A stretch of DNA of 64,000 bases, taken from assembly GCF_006345805.1 (NCBI RefSeq), contig NC_043001.1:43648001-43712000 (forward strand), written 5' to 3'. The stretch comes from Octopus sinensis (lineage: Eukaryota). Made by a program: the position numbers and the translations under genes. The notes beneath the pieces are model-generated. The model saw only the letters and a list, made by a program, of their open reading frames with translations. It was not told the origin of the DNA and searched no databases. Shown in pieces: positions 50,367 to 62,399 of this stretch; position 1 is the stretch's first letter, and every line of letters starts with the position of its first letter.

Positions 50367-51651
50367 CTGGAAAATGGAAGGGGAAACAGACCAACATTAT
50401 TAGAGATGAGTTATTTTTAATGTCAAAGAAGAAAAAAATATCAAGAAAATTAACAGACTAGAAGGAAGTTAACATTACATAAGTTGGTACATGTAATCAT
50501 GAATTAGCTAAAATGTCAGAAAAGAAAAGTGAAAACAGCTCTTAAATGATACATTATCAGTATCTAGGCAAATTGATTCAATTATGTCTTCACTAAGAGT
50601 AGAGTTTCATTTCAGATAGATTACAATAATTCATCTTACTAAATTCATTTATTACCTTAATTGAAAAGAAAGATTTTCTTTACTAGTTTTAATTATTACA
50701 TGATGAAATAAAGCTTGATATCTATAGGTGAGAAAAGCAGCACATAGGGGACAACAAATATAACTAATGTTTTAAATCAACAATTTGAAAGAAATCACTT
50801 GAAATGTTTGAAAGCAGGAGTGTCAAACAAATGAGCAGTGAACTGGATCTGGCTCATGATAATGTTTAGTCTAACCTCACCTCCAAGTTCAATTTTATAG
50901 TAAAGTATTAAATTATTCTTTAACTTTTAAAATATTCCATAAAATATATATATTGTTAGCATACATTCAGTGTTGGAATCCAAATGAGAGTTGAGTCAAA
51001 TTAGTGCATCTTAGAGAATCTTATGTCTATACATTGCAAATGGAAGTGAAAGTTTCTTTTTCAAATTTAGGTATGAGCTCATTTGAATAGATTCAACTGA
51101 TACATGGATGATGTTGAAAGGGCTTGAAAATGAAATAGTGCAAGCTTTCTACCAAAAAAAAAACTGCCTGCATTCATTTAAGCAATTTCTATCTCTGTTC
51201 TCACACTAAAGACTCTTATTTAATAGGATTGTATGTATACCATATGAATGAGCTTTTCTCATACATCGCTGCAAACAACATTGCTTACACCTCATTGTTT
51301 CTTTATTGTTAATAAAGTTGTTATGATTATATTGACCACTTTATCCATTTATTTTGGTTTAGTTATCAATAGGGAATTTATGAATAATTGTCCCTATCTG
51401 GTGCTTTAATCTGACCCGCAGAAATAAGTGTTTTAGAGCTTCATTTGAAAAATCAAAAATTAATCCTATCAATATTTTTAATGAGATTAACTTCATCCTT
51501 TTAGTGTGGAAATCAGATATATCCACTCAAAATTTTATTACCCTTAACAGTAGAAAGCAGTTTTATATACCAATCTATCTTCTATTGAGGAATGATATTG
51601 TATTTAAAACTATTTTTTGTTGAGATGTATCAAGTTTATTGAGGCAACATC

Positions 51652-52020
51652 ATCAACATTATCATTTAACATCCGTTTTCCAAGCTGGCATGGGTTGGAC
51701 AGTTTGATAGGTAAGCCGGGGAGCTGTACCAGGTTCTGATCTGATTTGGCAAGGTTTCTTTGGCTGGATGCTCTTCCTAATGCCAGCCATTCCAAGATTG
51801 TAGTGGGTGTCTTTTTACATGCCACTGGCATGGGTGCCATTGACTTGACACTGGCAATGACCACAACTACAGTCTCACCTGGCTTGACAGGTCTACACAA
51901 GCATGGTATATTGCCAAAGATCTTGGTCACCTGTCACTGCCTTCGTGAGGCCCAACACTCGAATAGTGCTTTTTATATGCTACCAGCACATGTGCCAGTC
52001 AAACAGCACTGGGGAGCATG
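51652..52020 (-). mobile_element. RTE-type LINE 3' tail fragment
   Basis: atcatttaacatccgttttccaagctggcatgggttggac...ctggatgctcttcctaatgcc. Confidence 0.75.
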
Positions 52021-52319
52021 ACTTGCAAAAAATACCAATACTATTTTTTGGTAGATATTTAATACCATTACTGGAATAACCATGAAATTTAATTTTGCAG
52101 CTAAAGAGTGAAACACCAAAAGAACCGTTATAATTTTTTGGACTATTAATTCCATCATTAGATATATATGATCTTCATACTATATATTTACATATATAGT
52201 ATTGAATTAGATTCAAACTAGAAACCTTTAATTCTACACTAAAGGGGTAATAACATTCTTATCCACAACATAATAGGTTCTTAGTTTTAATCAAATCTGG
52301 TGTTACAGCCCCAGCTCAT

Positions 52320-52660
52320 TCAAAAGTATCTTGGATCGTAGGGCAACATGCTGTGCTTGGGGAGACCTATTGAGTCAAGTACATCAAAATCAAAATGAAA
52401 ATCAAATGGAAATTGTAGTTGTGATCCCCGTGCCAGTGGCATGTAAAAAAGCGCTGCCTTGACTGGCTTCCATGCCAGTGGCACATAAAAAGCACCCACT
52501 ACACTCACAGAGTGGTTGGCATTAGGAAGGGCATCCAGCTGTAGAAACACTGCCAGATCAGACTGGAGCCTGGTGCAGCCTCCTGGGTTCCCAGACCCCA
52601 GCCGAACTGCCCAACCCATGCTATCATTGAAAACAGATGTTAAACGATAATGATGATATA
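52320..52660 (+). mobile_element. RTE-type LINE 3' fragment
   Basis: gagacctattgagtcaagt...aaaagcacccactacactc...ttaggaagggcatccagctgtagaaac...gatgttaaacgataatgatg. Confidence 0.8.
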
Positions 52661-53927
52661 TGTATATCTATCTATCTATATATATATATCATCATCATCA
52701 TTGTTTAAAGCGGACGTTAAACGGATGATGATATATATATATGTGTGTGTGTGTGCATATATATATATAGGAACTAGATACTTAATGATAAGTGGGTTAA
52801 TAGCCTAAAAAAAATTATAATCTTAGCAATTTATCTCAAATATTTAGACATCTAATTTCTATTAGTTATGATTATAATAGAATAAAATGTATTAAGAATC
52901 ATGTCAATACTAACCATATCTTTAACTAATTGTTATTATTTGGCTGTCAAGCAATTTATCAGACAGTGTGATTTCAAACACCTACCCGGTTTAATATCTT
53001 TGGTTTACAACTAAATATTGAAGGATTGAGAAAATATTAACTTTTATATGTTACGAATGGAAGAACACTCCTGCTAGCAGCAAATAATTTTGCTTCAGTT
53101 GAAGCATTTCTATTCCTACATAATTATGCATAAATTTCATTATTACTGTTCTCATTATTTTAAAAATTATTATTATTATTATAGTTCAAATTCCATTGAG
53201 GTTGACTTTGCCTTTCATCCTTTCGGGGTTGATAAATTAAGTACCAGTGAAATACTGGGGTTGATGTAATTAACTCATCACCTCCCCAAAAATGGTTGCC
53301 CTTGTGGCAAAACTTGAAATTATTATTATTATTATTATAATAAAGGGCAGGGACTGGTAGAATCGTTAGAGCGTTAGAGCCGTGCTTTTGCAGTATTTAG
53401 TTTTAGTCATATAAATTCTGAGTTTGAATTCCAGTTGAGAAAATAAACTACCAAACAAATACTTGGGTTGATATAATCAACTGCTTTCTTTCCTTCAAAA
53501 CTGCTGGCTATATGACTAAATCATTCAACTTCACTTTTCATCCCTTAGCAGTCAATAAAATAGTGCTTGTTGAGCACTGGTGTTGATGTAATTGACTGGC
53601 TTCAACCCCTAAAGTTCAGGCCTTCTGCCTCTATAGTAGAACAGATTATTACTATTATTTCAAGTTGATTTCCAAAATTTTTCTAATACAAATTTATCCA
53701 ACATTTTTGTCCTTGTTATTATTCCCATGCCACAATGGAATGTTAATGCAAAAATAAGAGTTGTAAATAATGCATACTGTATGTGTTTCTATTTTTTTTA
53801 TGCTAATCAATTCAGAAAAAATAACAACAAACAAATAAAATAGTAACAAAAATATTTAAATATCAAAAAATAAAATAAAAAATAAAATCGCAGGAATATT
53901 TAAGGAAGATGAGACAGAAATACTCAC

Positions 53928-54044
53928 TGCAATTTTTCTCATCAGAGCCATCACTGCAGTCATTTTCATGGTTACAGAGCCAGTGGTGTGGGATGCATTG
54001 CATGTTAGGACAACGGAAGTTACCTTCAGAACATGGATGATATT
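53928..54044 (-). CDS. SORL1: SORL1 exon, LDL-A repeat 2
   Basis: tgcag|AA TAT...TGC A|gtgagt; [38 protein letters not shown]. Confidence 0.94.
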
Positions 54045-55559
54045 CTGCAGGGAAACAAAACTAACATAGAGCAGCTGATAGGAGCTGGTATGATGTAAAA
54101 TCTCAGTGAAATGAGAATGTGATAGCTACACTGGGTGATAACAAACCATTCAGTTGCAGTCAAGTGCGATTAATTATTTCTGAGGAGCTTTGCAGTTCAT
54201 GCAATCTAAATACGCTGATCAGAAACAGGAGGGGAAAAAAAAAACAAAGTACAAAACAGAAAAGAAAAAGGAAAGGTTTGTTTGTATAAGGGAACTGAAT
54301 GTTCATTATGAAATTTAAAAAAAGTCTAAGAAACAAAGAAATATAATTTTACTTACATTATGGAACATATCCATTTTAATTAGATATTATCTACAAGCTT
54401 TCTGTTCCATATATGATTACAAAGTAAATGATTATAACCTATTCCCCTCTTCTTTGATTGGTTAGAAGAGATCAATAATAAAAACTATCATCACCTAATA
54501 TCATCTCCAGTTTATTTGCATCATGAAATCTCTTTTTTTTTTTGTGCTAGTGTCATTTAAGAGACTAACTGGATCTATCTTTTGTAATAGTAATATCTAT
54601 GATTAGAGCTACAACAAAGCTGACTTATTCAGTTTCTTTACAGTCTATTTTTTTTAATTAAAATTTTTTTTTTTTGAGTATTCTCAATAAGCAGTAGTAT
54701 TTGTCTTGCAAATGGAATACACAAATTATTAGAATAAGTTGGAAACCTTATCTAATATTAATCACAGAAACTGTGAGATAGAAGTAGCAAATATTTTCAT
54801 TCTGAGACAAAAAAAAAATTAATGTGTAACAGTAATAAGGTGCACCAAGATGTTATGTTATTTCATTTAATGTATGATAATTACCATCTTAATATTTTTA
54901 CAACATTCACTAAAATATTTTCTTTTGCAAATCCAAGACAGATTTTAATTGATTTTGAGATAAATGTAATACAGTTGAAAAAAAATTGTCAACTATTAGT
55001 CAAATTGAAACTATATCTTAGATACATTACAACATAAACCTCAAACAAAAACTTAAATGTATTTAGAGTATTTTAAATACACCATATGTGAAAGAAACAA
55101 AAACTTAGCTTTTAAGTGAACACCCAGCAATTAAATCATACTAACATATTTACAAGAAATGGCAATGTAGATGTCTGAGAGGAATGTGCTTTTAGGTTTG
55201 GAATTCTTAATTTAAAGTTTCAGGATGTAAAATGAGTAATGGCATAATACTAGAGGTTGAATCATTTGATTATATCCACATCACTTATAAAACTGGTCTC
55301 ATGCTAAAGAAAAAAAGATAATGTGTAATATCAGAAAAATAATAAATTGCTTTCCTGAAGATTCTATAGTTTGCAGGACAAAAGAAAGCTAGAAATGATT
55401 GAATGGAGTGTGAGTTCTGGTTCAGAAAACTTTAAACAAGGCAAGGAAGTTACATGGATATCTTCCAAGATTCCAGTATTAACTTGCTTGTCTTTTCATG
55501 AGTCCTGAAGCCAATAAAATGTTAATCTGAAGTATGGTAAGCTTTTTTTGTTTTTAATT

Positions 55560-56110
55560 GGTTTAGTCTGGATGAAGAGGTTGCATCTGAGATTGGTGGG
55601 ATTGATGCCGTTAATGTTGCTCTTGGAAGAGTTGCCAACTACAAAGAAGATATGCAGGTAGAGAATTCCAGATGTTTTGAGAAGGAAGGACAGAACAAAG
55701 TAGTTACTGTTGGGCCAATGGGAGATGAATACACAATACAAGTAAAGAGAAAAAGAGTCATAAGCAAGATGGGAGTGTCTGACTGAAAATGTTATGGAAC
55801 AAGGCAGGTCCAAGGTGCAGAGGCCACAGCAGTAGTGGTAGGCAAGACAGAGTGAAGAGACAGCATATTTGTGGGTCGGTGGTTGGAGTGTGTTGGCAAG
55901 TTTGAAAGTTGAAAGACAAGATTAATGGAGTAGTTATTTGAAAGAGTTTTCTTAGTTCAATAGTTTCAGGAAAATTGCTATACTCAGTCTGCAACATTGG
56001 TATGTGTATAAACTCAACACTGGGCAGTATGTATAAGAATGGATGCAGTGAAATATTAGCCTGAATGGCAAAGGAACAATAGTTTAAATGCATGATGTGG
56101 AGTAGTGTGG
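55560..56110 (-). mobile_element. Degenerate CR1-type LINE remnant
   Basis: Minus reading LCLAYHYCCGLCTLDLA and ...ccttctcaaaacatctggaattctctacct (RTS.LWNSLP-like), as at 26040. Confidence 0.45.
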
Positions 56111-56409
56111 GTGACAAAGTGAAAAATAGTTATATCCTGTAATTTCATTTACTTAATTAGTAATGACATGAAGCTAAGTAAATAGTAAAGTATCAAGAAT
56201 TTCTATTCCAAGAAAAAAAAAAAGGGTGAATCAGATGATAGTGATGCTGTTGGTGATGAAAATATAGCCAAGACAAAAAGTAAATGATATTAGTAATAGA
56301 ATGTTGCTCTTAAGGAAACACCCTGTTTACAAATGGTGTGAATAAACATTGTATATATATAAACACTACATGATCAATTAAATAATGCTAGTATATTGGT
56401 AATACTAAC

Positions 56410-56520
56410 CACAGTTAAGTTCATCACTGCCATCAACACAATCAGGATCGTGGTCACATTTCACAGCAGCTGCGACACATTGGCTGTTGTGACACTGAAA
56501 CTGATGCGGTTCGCAAGTAT
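56410..56520 (-). CDS. SORL1: SORL1 exon, LDL-A repeat 1
   Basis: gtcag|AT ACT TGC...TGT G|gttagt; [36 protein letters not shown]. Confidence 0.94.
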
Positions 56521-57094
56521 CTGACAAATAGGAAGATAAGTATTAACAAAACTATGTATGAATTCATTCAGTGAATACTCAGAAAAATATATGGTGATTA
56601 AAAAATAAGCTAACATAAGGATAATCCTTCATGGAAACCACGAATATTTAAAAAAATCTTACTATTGTTTTGAAGCTGCCAGTAGAGTTATATCCAAAAA
56701 TTTTGACAATTTTGTTGTCAACACTAAAGTACAAGTTTTTCAGTATGAACCACTGTTACTCTATTCACAACTCTTATCAATTTCACAGTCTATCAGAATG
56801 AGCTCTAAAAGTTTTGAAAAGTTACCATGTAATTTAATCTACAATTTGTTTTAATTTCATTCCTTTTCCTTCATTGAGAGGGTGTTCTTATTATCTCATC
56901 GCGTTGAGGTAAGTGGGAATACATAGAAAACAAGGAAGAAGGATTTTACAGAAGTAAAACTAAAATGGTCAATCCAAGGTGATTTAACATTAGTATTTTG
57001 TAAACATGGTGAAAGCTATAAGAATAACAATGAATAATGAATGAAAAATAAAGCTGAAGAGAAGAGATTGGATAAGGGGGAATATCATATTTAC

Positions 57095-57295
57095 TGTTGT
57101 TTGGTTTGCAAATTCCATTTTGGTAAGTTTCCCCTGGAGGACAATAACAGTCTTCATCTCCAGAAGGCTTTAGAATATGTCCAATGTGGTTTTGACAGAG
57201 ACAAGTTCGATTGTTGTGTCCAATATGCAAATGATGAGGTCGAGGTACACAGAGCTGTGAGCACATCCCATTCTTGAAAGAACAAGCACTTGAAG
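57095..57295 (-). CDS. SORL1: SORL1 exon, EGF-like domain
   Basis: tacag|CT TCA...AAC A|gtaaat; SSACSFKNGMCSQLCVPRPHHLHIGHNNRTCLCQNHIGHILKPSGDEDCYCPPGETYQNGICKPNN. Confidence 0.93.
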
Positions 57296-57642
57296 CTGTA
57301 AAAGTAATAATAAAAAATATACATAATATTAGTTAAAAAAAAATATTTTTCAGGGTTAAGTTTTAATTTCCTCTATTTCATAATGCAAAATGTGTTTCAA
57401 GTTCTTCATTCAATGTTGCTTCTAAAAAAACTCCCAAAATTAATTTTCACCACCACATAGTCATGAGTGAAATTAGAGGTGATAGTAAATGGGTCATTAA
57501 TGTAAAGAAAAGACATACAGTAAGCAAACCTTTGGGGAAGGAGGAGAGGCAGTCACCAAAGTTGACAGAATGTGGGTAGGAGAAGCCACAAAAAACACTA
57601 TTGAAATAGAAATGTTAGAGAAAAATAGAAAACAATACTTAC

Positions 57643-57781
57643 TACTTTGAGCCAATTGATGGACAACCTTCAAATCAGTTATACCAGTCACATTGGTTAG
57701 TATTGTAGTTACACCATAACCATTATTTTTGTTAGCAGTCAATAAAGCTTGTTTGCTGAGATCAGTCCAGTAAATATTTTC
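57643..57781 (-). CDS. SORL1: SORL1 exon, end of YWTD propeller
   Basis: tttag|GAA AAT ATT TAC TGG...AGT A|gtaagt; ENIYWTDLSKQALLTANKNNGYGVTTILTNVTGITDLKVVHQLAQS. Confidence 0.93.
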
Positions 57782-58221
57782 CTAAAAACAATTAATTAAA
57801 TGATAATGTACAAAGAATCTGACATGAAAGCAAATTCTGGAATCTTTATAATTTCAGAAACATTACTCTATTTACAAGGAGATGGGGATAAAAATGTGTT
57901 TGTGAAGTGAACTTCTTAAACCCACAACCATGTCTGTATATATATATATATGTATCAAATGAAATAAAATGTGCATATATATATATACATACACATGCAT
58001 ATGTATACACATATATTGTGTACACACCTACATATACATACCCACATATGGATATACTTATATATACCTACACATACACATATCTATACACGTATGTGTA
58101 CACCCCCATACACTCATACAAAAAATACATAAAGGTAAATGTATATACACATGCACGTATATACATATACGTACACATGCACATATGTGTGAATGCATAT
58201 GTATGTATGTGTGTATGTACC

Positions 58222-58731
58222 TATGTGTGCACATGTGTGTGTGTGTATAATCTTAATCCTGAGCAACGCCGGGTATCTCTACTAGTGAATTAATATAGAT
58301 TTATGAATACAACCATGAAATTGTGAGTAATTCTATTTGTGTGCTTGATTGAACAAGCAGTTAAAAAACAATAAGAATAGAAATGACAACAATATGTGTG
58401 CACATGTGTGTGTGTATAATCTTAATCCCAAGCAATGCCGGGTATCTTTACTAGTGAATTAATATAGATTTATGAATACAACCATGAAATTGTGAGTAAT
58501 TCTATTTGTGTGCTTGATTGAACAAGCAGTTAAAAAACAAAAAGAATAGAAATGACAACACTATGTGTGCACGTGTGTGTGTATAATCTTAATCCCGAGC
58601 AACGCCGGGTATCTCTACTAGTGAATTAATATAGATTTATGAATACAACCATGAAGTTGTGAGTAATTCTACTTGTGTGCTTGATTGAACAAGCAGTTGA
58701 AAAACAAAAAGAATAGAAATGACAACACTAT
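58222..58731. repeat. Three tandem ~170-bp units (171, 169 and 167 bp) containing a Helentron-type terminus
   Basis: Units start at 58222, 58393 and 58562; length differs by the (TG)n tract; each holds ttaatcc(c/t)gagcaacgccgggtatctctactagt. Confidence 0.93.
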
Positions 58732-58741
58732 GGTGACATAC

Positions 58742-59006
58742 CTTATACACCACAATAGCATAGGGGTGTGGGATTTCATTGCCTTTTACTATGGCCTTTC
58801 GGTCATTGCCATCTAAATCTGAAGAGACAATTTGATCCAGAAAGGCATCTGTCCAGTACAATCGTCCCATCTGGTGATCAATAGTAATGCCATTGGGCCA
58901 AACCAAATTATCTTTGCCCTCAACTATATTGGTGATGTTGCGGCAGTCCATACTGGCTTTGACTATACGTGGGTTAGTTGATGACCAGTCTGTCCAATAG
59001 AGGTAG
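58742..59006 (-). CDS. SORL1: SORL1 exon, YWTD propeller
   Basis: aacag|C TAC CTC TAT TGG...AAG|gtatgt; YLYWTDWSSTNPRIVKASMDCRNITNIVEGKDNLVWPNGITIDHQMGRLYWTDAFLD...PHPYAIVVYK. Confidence 0.95.
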
Positions 59007-59625
59007 CTGTTAGAAAAATCAAATAAAAGAAATCATTTGTTAGATCAACAAAGATTTATTTTCAGGGTTCAAACCTGGCCAGTAACAGTAGGAGAGAGAG
59101 ACAGCAGTTATGGGATGTACCTAATATTAGGATTTCTCTTATGCTTACAGTTTTGATCTAAGTATAACATAAATACAAGGAGCATAGGAAAGACATTTTT
59201 AGGAATGCATTTTACCATTCATTTATGTACAGTATCAATGGGTGGGACAGTTTTCTAAATATGTATACTGCTCGAGCATTTGTATTCTTTACAGCTTGAT
59301 GTTCTTGCTGCTACTAATTATTCAACTGTAAAGTTGGACAGGAACCTGACTATTAAGAAAGTATGCTGACCAGATTTATATGACTTAATGAGAGGTAAAA
59401 CAACTTAGCAAAACTAACATTACAATTTCCTTTTTGTTTTAATACAAAGTTTTCTTATGGTAATAATTATGTCTTTTTATCCTGGTAAACACAGTTATCA
59501 CTACTCTCACATGGCCCATATCCAATGACCACATTGATCTTTGAGATATCTGAAATCTACTAATTATTGATTTCAGGTAAGTTATTCACACAAGCATTTG
59601 CTAAAATAATAATAAATATATGTAC

Positions 59626-59852
59626 CCATAGTGTGGTTTAAGAGCAATTGATCGAGGTTTATCCAGGTTTTCACTTCCACTAAGAAGTGTTCTCCTGAAA
59701 CGGCCAGTTTTATGCACCACTTCGAGCTTGCGAGCCCCAGAATCAATCCAATAGATATTGCCAGAACTCCAGTCAAAGGCCATTCCTTCAATGCCAGAAA
59801 CATCTTTTTCAATAAGAACCTCAAGGCTATGGTTTCCATCTAAACAGAGTCT
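59626..59852 (-). CDS. SORL1: SORL1 exon, YWTD propeller
   Basis: ttcag|AGA CTC TGT...TAT GG|gtacat; RLCLDGNHSLEVLIEKDVSGIEGMAFDWSSGNIYWIDSGARKLEV...LDKPRSIALKPHY(G). Confidence 0.94.
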
Positions 59853-60190
59853 CTGAAAGTAGAGTATGTTGAAAGTTAGTGGGTTTTGTGAGTATGAAAA
59901 TAAAGACAAGTGAAGAAAAGAGATGAGAGAAGAAGAAAAAAAAAAAATGGAAGAATCGAGACTACTAAATAATATCTTAGCAAGAGTAAAAGCAATTGGA
60001 ACAGACCATGAATGTGAGGAAATGAATGGACTGTAAAGGATAATAGAAATTATTATAAAGGAAAAAGAAAAGACAGCATAAGAGAAAAACAAAAGCACAT
60101 GAAAGTTAGTTAATAAAGAGAGAGGATAACTAAAAGCATAGCTATACTGAGAGGAAGAAACACAATGTTATTAAGGCAATTTAAACCAAC

Positions 60191-60363
60191 CGTTATAGTG
60201 TTCAGAGCCAAGTCTCCCCAGTAGATACAGTTGTCTTCTTTGTCAAAATCAAAAACTACAGCATCAAGGATGCCTCTTTGTACAAGGATGTCATTTTTCT
60301 GGGAGCCAAATTCATATCGATGAATCATTTTGCGTTGAGCATACAAAAGGAATTCAGGAATTT
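60191..60363 (-). CDS. SORL1: SORL1 exon, start of YWTD propeller
   Basis: ttcag|AA ATT CCT...ACG|gttggt; IPEFLLYAQRKMIHRYEFGSQKNDILVQRGILDAVVFDFDKEDNCIYWGDLALNTIT. Confidence 0.92.
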
Positions 60364-61482
60364 CTGAAATAAAAATATTTAATGCTTGTATATATAAATG
60401 TATATGTGTGTGTGTGTATGTGTGTGCATGTATATCCTATACAACAAAAATGTCCTTCCTAATGCCAACCACTTTACAGCATGGACTGGTAATATTAGAA
60501 AAAATTACAGCCTGAAGCTGTAATTAATGTTTACTTGAAGTATAACAGTCTAAAACACTATATTATACAACATTACTAACATCTCACTACATAACTCTAT
60601 AAATATTTCAAAACTGCCAGGCCTCAATATTTCAGCTAGATCTATGTCCATATAAATTATGTATAAGAAACACAACAACCATCACCATCATTTTAAAGCC
60701 CACTTTACCATGCTCATATGGGTCAAATGGAATTTGTTGGAGTGGATTTTCTATGGCCAGATGCCTTCACTGATCATGGAGAAATATTTCCTCACCTGCT
60801 TCCAAGTAAAGCAATATTTCTCCATGACCAAGGAAAGATCAGAAACAAAGGACACTATTTGGATGATAGTGATACTCATTTACAACTATCATGTGATATC
60901 ATGGCAGGGAGACAGTAGCACACACACACACACACATACGCATACACACACACACACATATATATATACATACACACATGCACAGACACACATACATGCA
61001 TACATACATACATACGTACATAACATGCTTCTTTCAGTTTCCTTCAATCAAATCCACTCACAAGGATTTGGTTGACCTGCTTATAGCAGTGAATGTACCT
61101 CCAATTGGTTTTTATTTACAGTTAGATATTTAGGAGTTTTCAAGACAAATACTGTTTAGTCTTTGAATAATAGTCCAGCACTCCACAAACAGCCCACGAC
61201 CAAAAATGGTAATCATCATCATGATCATCATTTTAACATCCACTTTTCCATGTTTGCAAGGTTGGACAGAATTTACTAAGGCAGATTTTTCACAGGCTGA
61301 TGCTCTTCCTATTGCCAATTCTCACCCCAATTCCAAGCAAGGTAGAATATTTTTTTGTAGACTATTGAAATGAATAACACTGCTTGTATGAGAGTGACAA
61401 TCATTTACAACTATCATGCAAGGTCAAGACACAGAGACACAAACATACTCCACTACCCATCATCATCATTTAAAGCCTAGGA

Positions 61483-61566
<84 letters not shown>

Positions 61567-61990
61567 GCACAAATATATATGTAGATGCATGGGGGCTGAA
61601 TGTTTATGTCTCTTTGTCTTGACATTGAATGATAGTTGTAAATGACTGTCACTGTCATACAAGTAGTGTCATTCATCACGGGCTTCTTTCATTTACTATC
61701 AACCAAATCCTCTCACAAACCTTTGGTCAGCTTGCGCAAAGTACCATGTGTTGGGACTGAACCCAGAACTATGAGGTTGGGAAGCAGGCTTTTCAAACAT
61801 ATACAGTCATAGCTATGTCATTAAGAAAAAATTTGAGATTTACTTTATTATACTTTACATGATTTATTACTATGGTGTCACCAGTCTATTTAGACAAGGC
61901 TAGCTGAAGTCATGTGGGATGATTAAAAACAGTAACCCAAATGCTTCTTAGCACTTGAAGTTTATTTCATACAAAGAAAAGTTGTATTAC

Positions 61991-62073
61991 CTTTGACTGG
62001 ACAAGAATTCATTTGTGGGGCATATATTGCCTCCATTCCACCTTTGCAGCTATCACCAGCAATACGACGGTAA
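61991..62073 (-). CDS. SORL1: SORL1 exon, end of 10CC-b
   Basis: gccag|T TAC CGT...AAA G|gtaata; YRRIAGDSCKGGMEAIYAPQMNSCPVK, matching the GYRKISGDTC motif. Confidence 0.92.
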
Positions 62074-62217
62074 CTGGCAAAACACAAATAAAATAGTTAT
62101 GCACACATCTTAGTTGATAAGGGAAAGCAAGGGGGAATGAAATAACATAAATGTATTTAGTAGAGTTAGGAGTGAATTTGTAAATAGACATCAATGTATA
62201 AGGTGTTTGTGTGTATG

Positions 62218-62253
<36 letters not shown>

Positions 62254-62399
62254 TATTGGGAATGGGGATGGCACATACAATCTAATAATTTCTGAGTAAT
62301 TAAATACATAAGACCACTGTTTAATCTCAATTTTTCAAAAATAAAACAGATGAGAAAATATTTCCCAGTGGACAGAATGTAAAAAAGCGAAACAAAATG

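Noticed and set aside
47781-54044. LDL-A duplication as a haplotype or assembly artefact
   Set aside because: Copies differ by ~16-17% in exons, and the intervening introns differ in length (3.56 kb vs 0.61 kb) and repeat content.
58222-58731. Tandem array as CRISPR-like
   Set aside because: Eukaryotic context, and units are contiguous and near-identical with no unique spacers.
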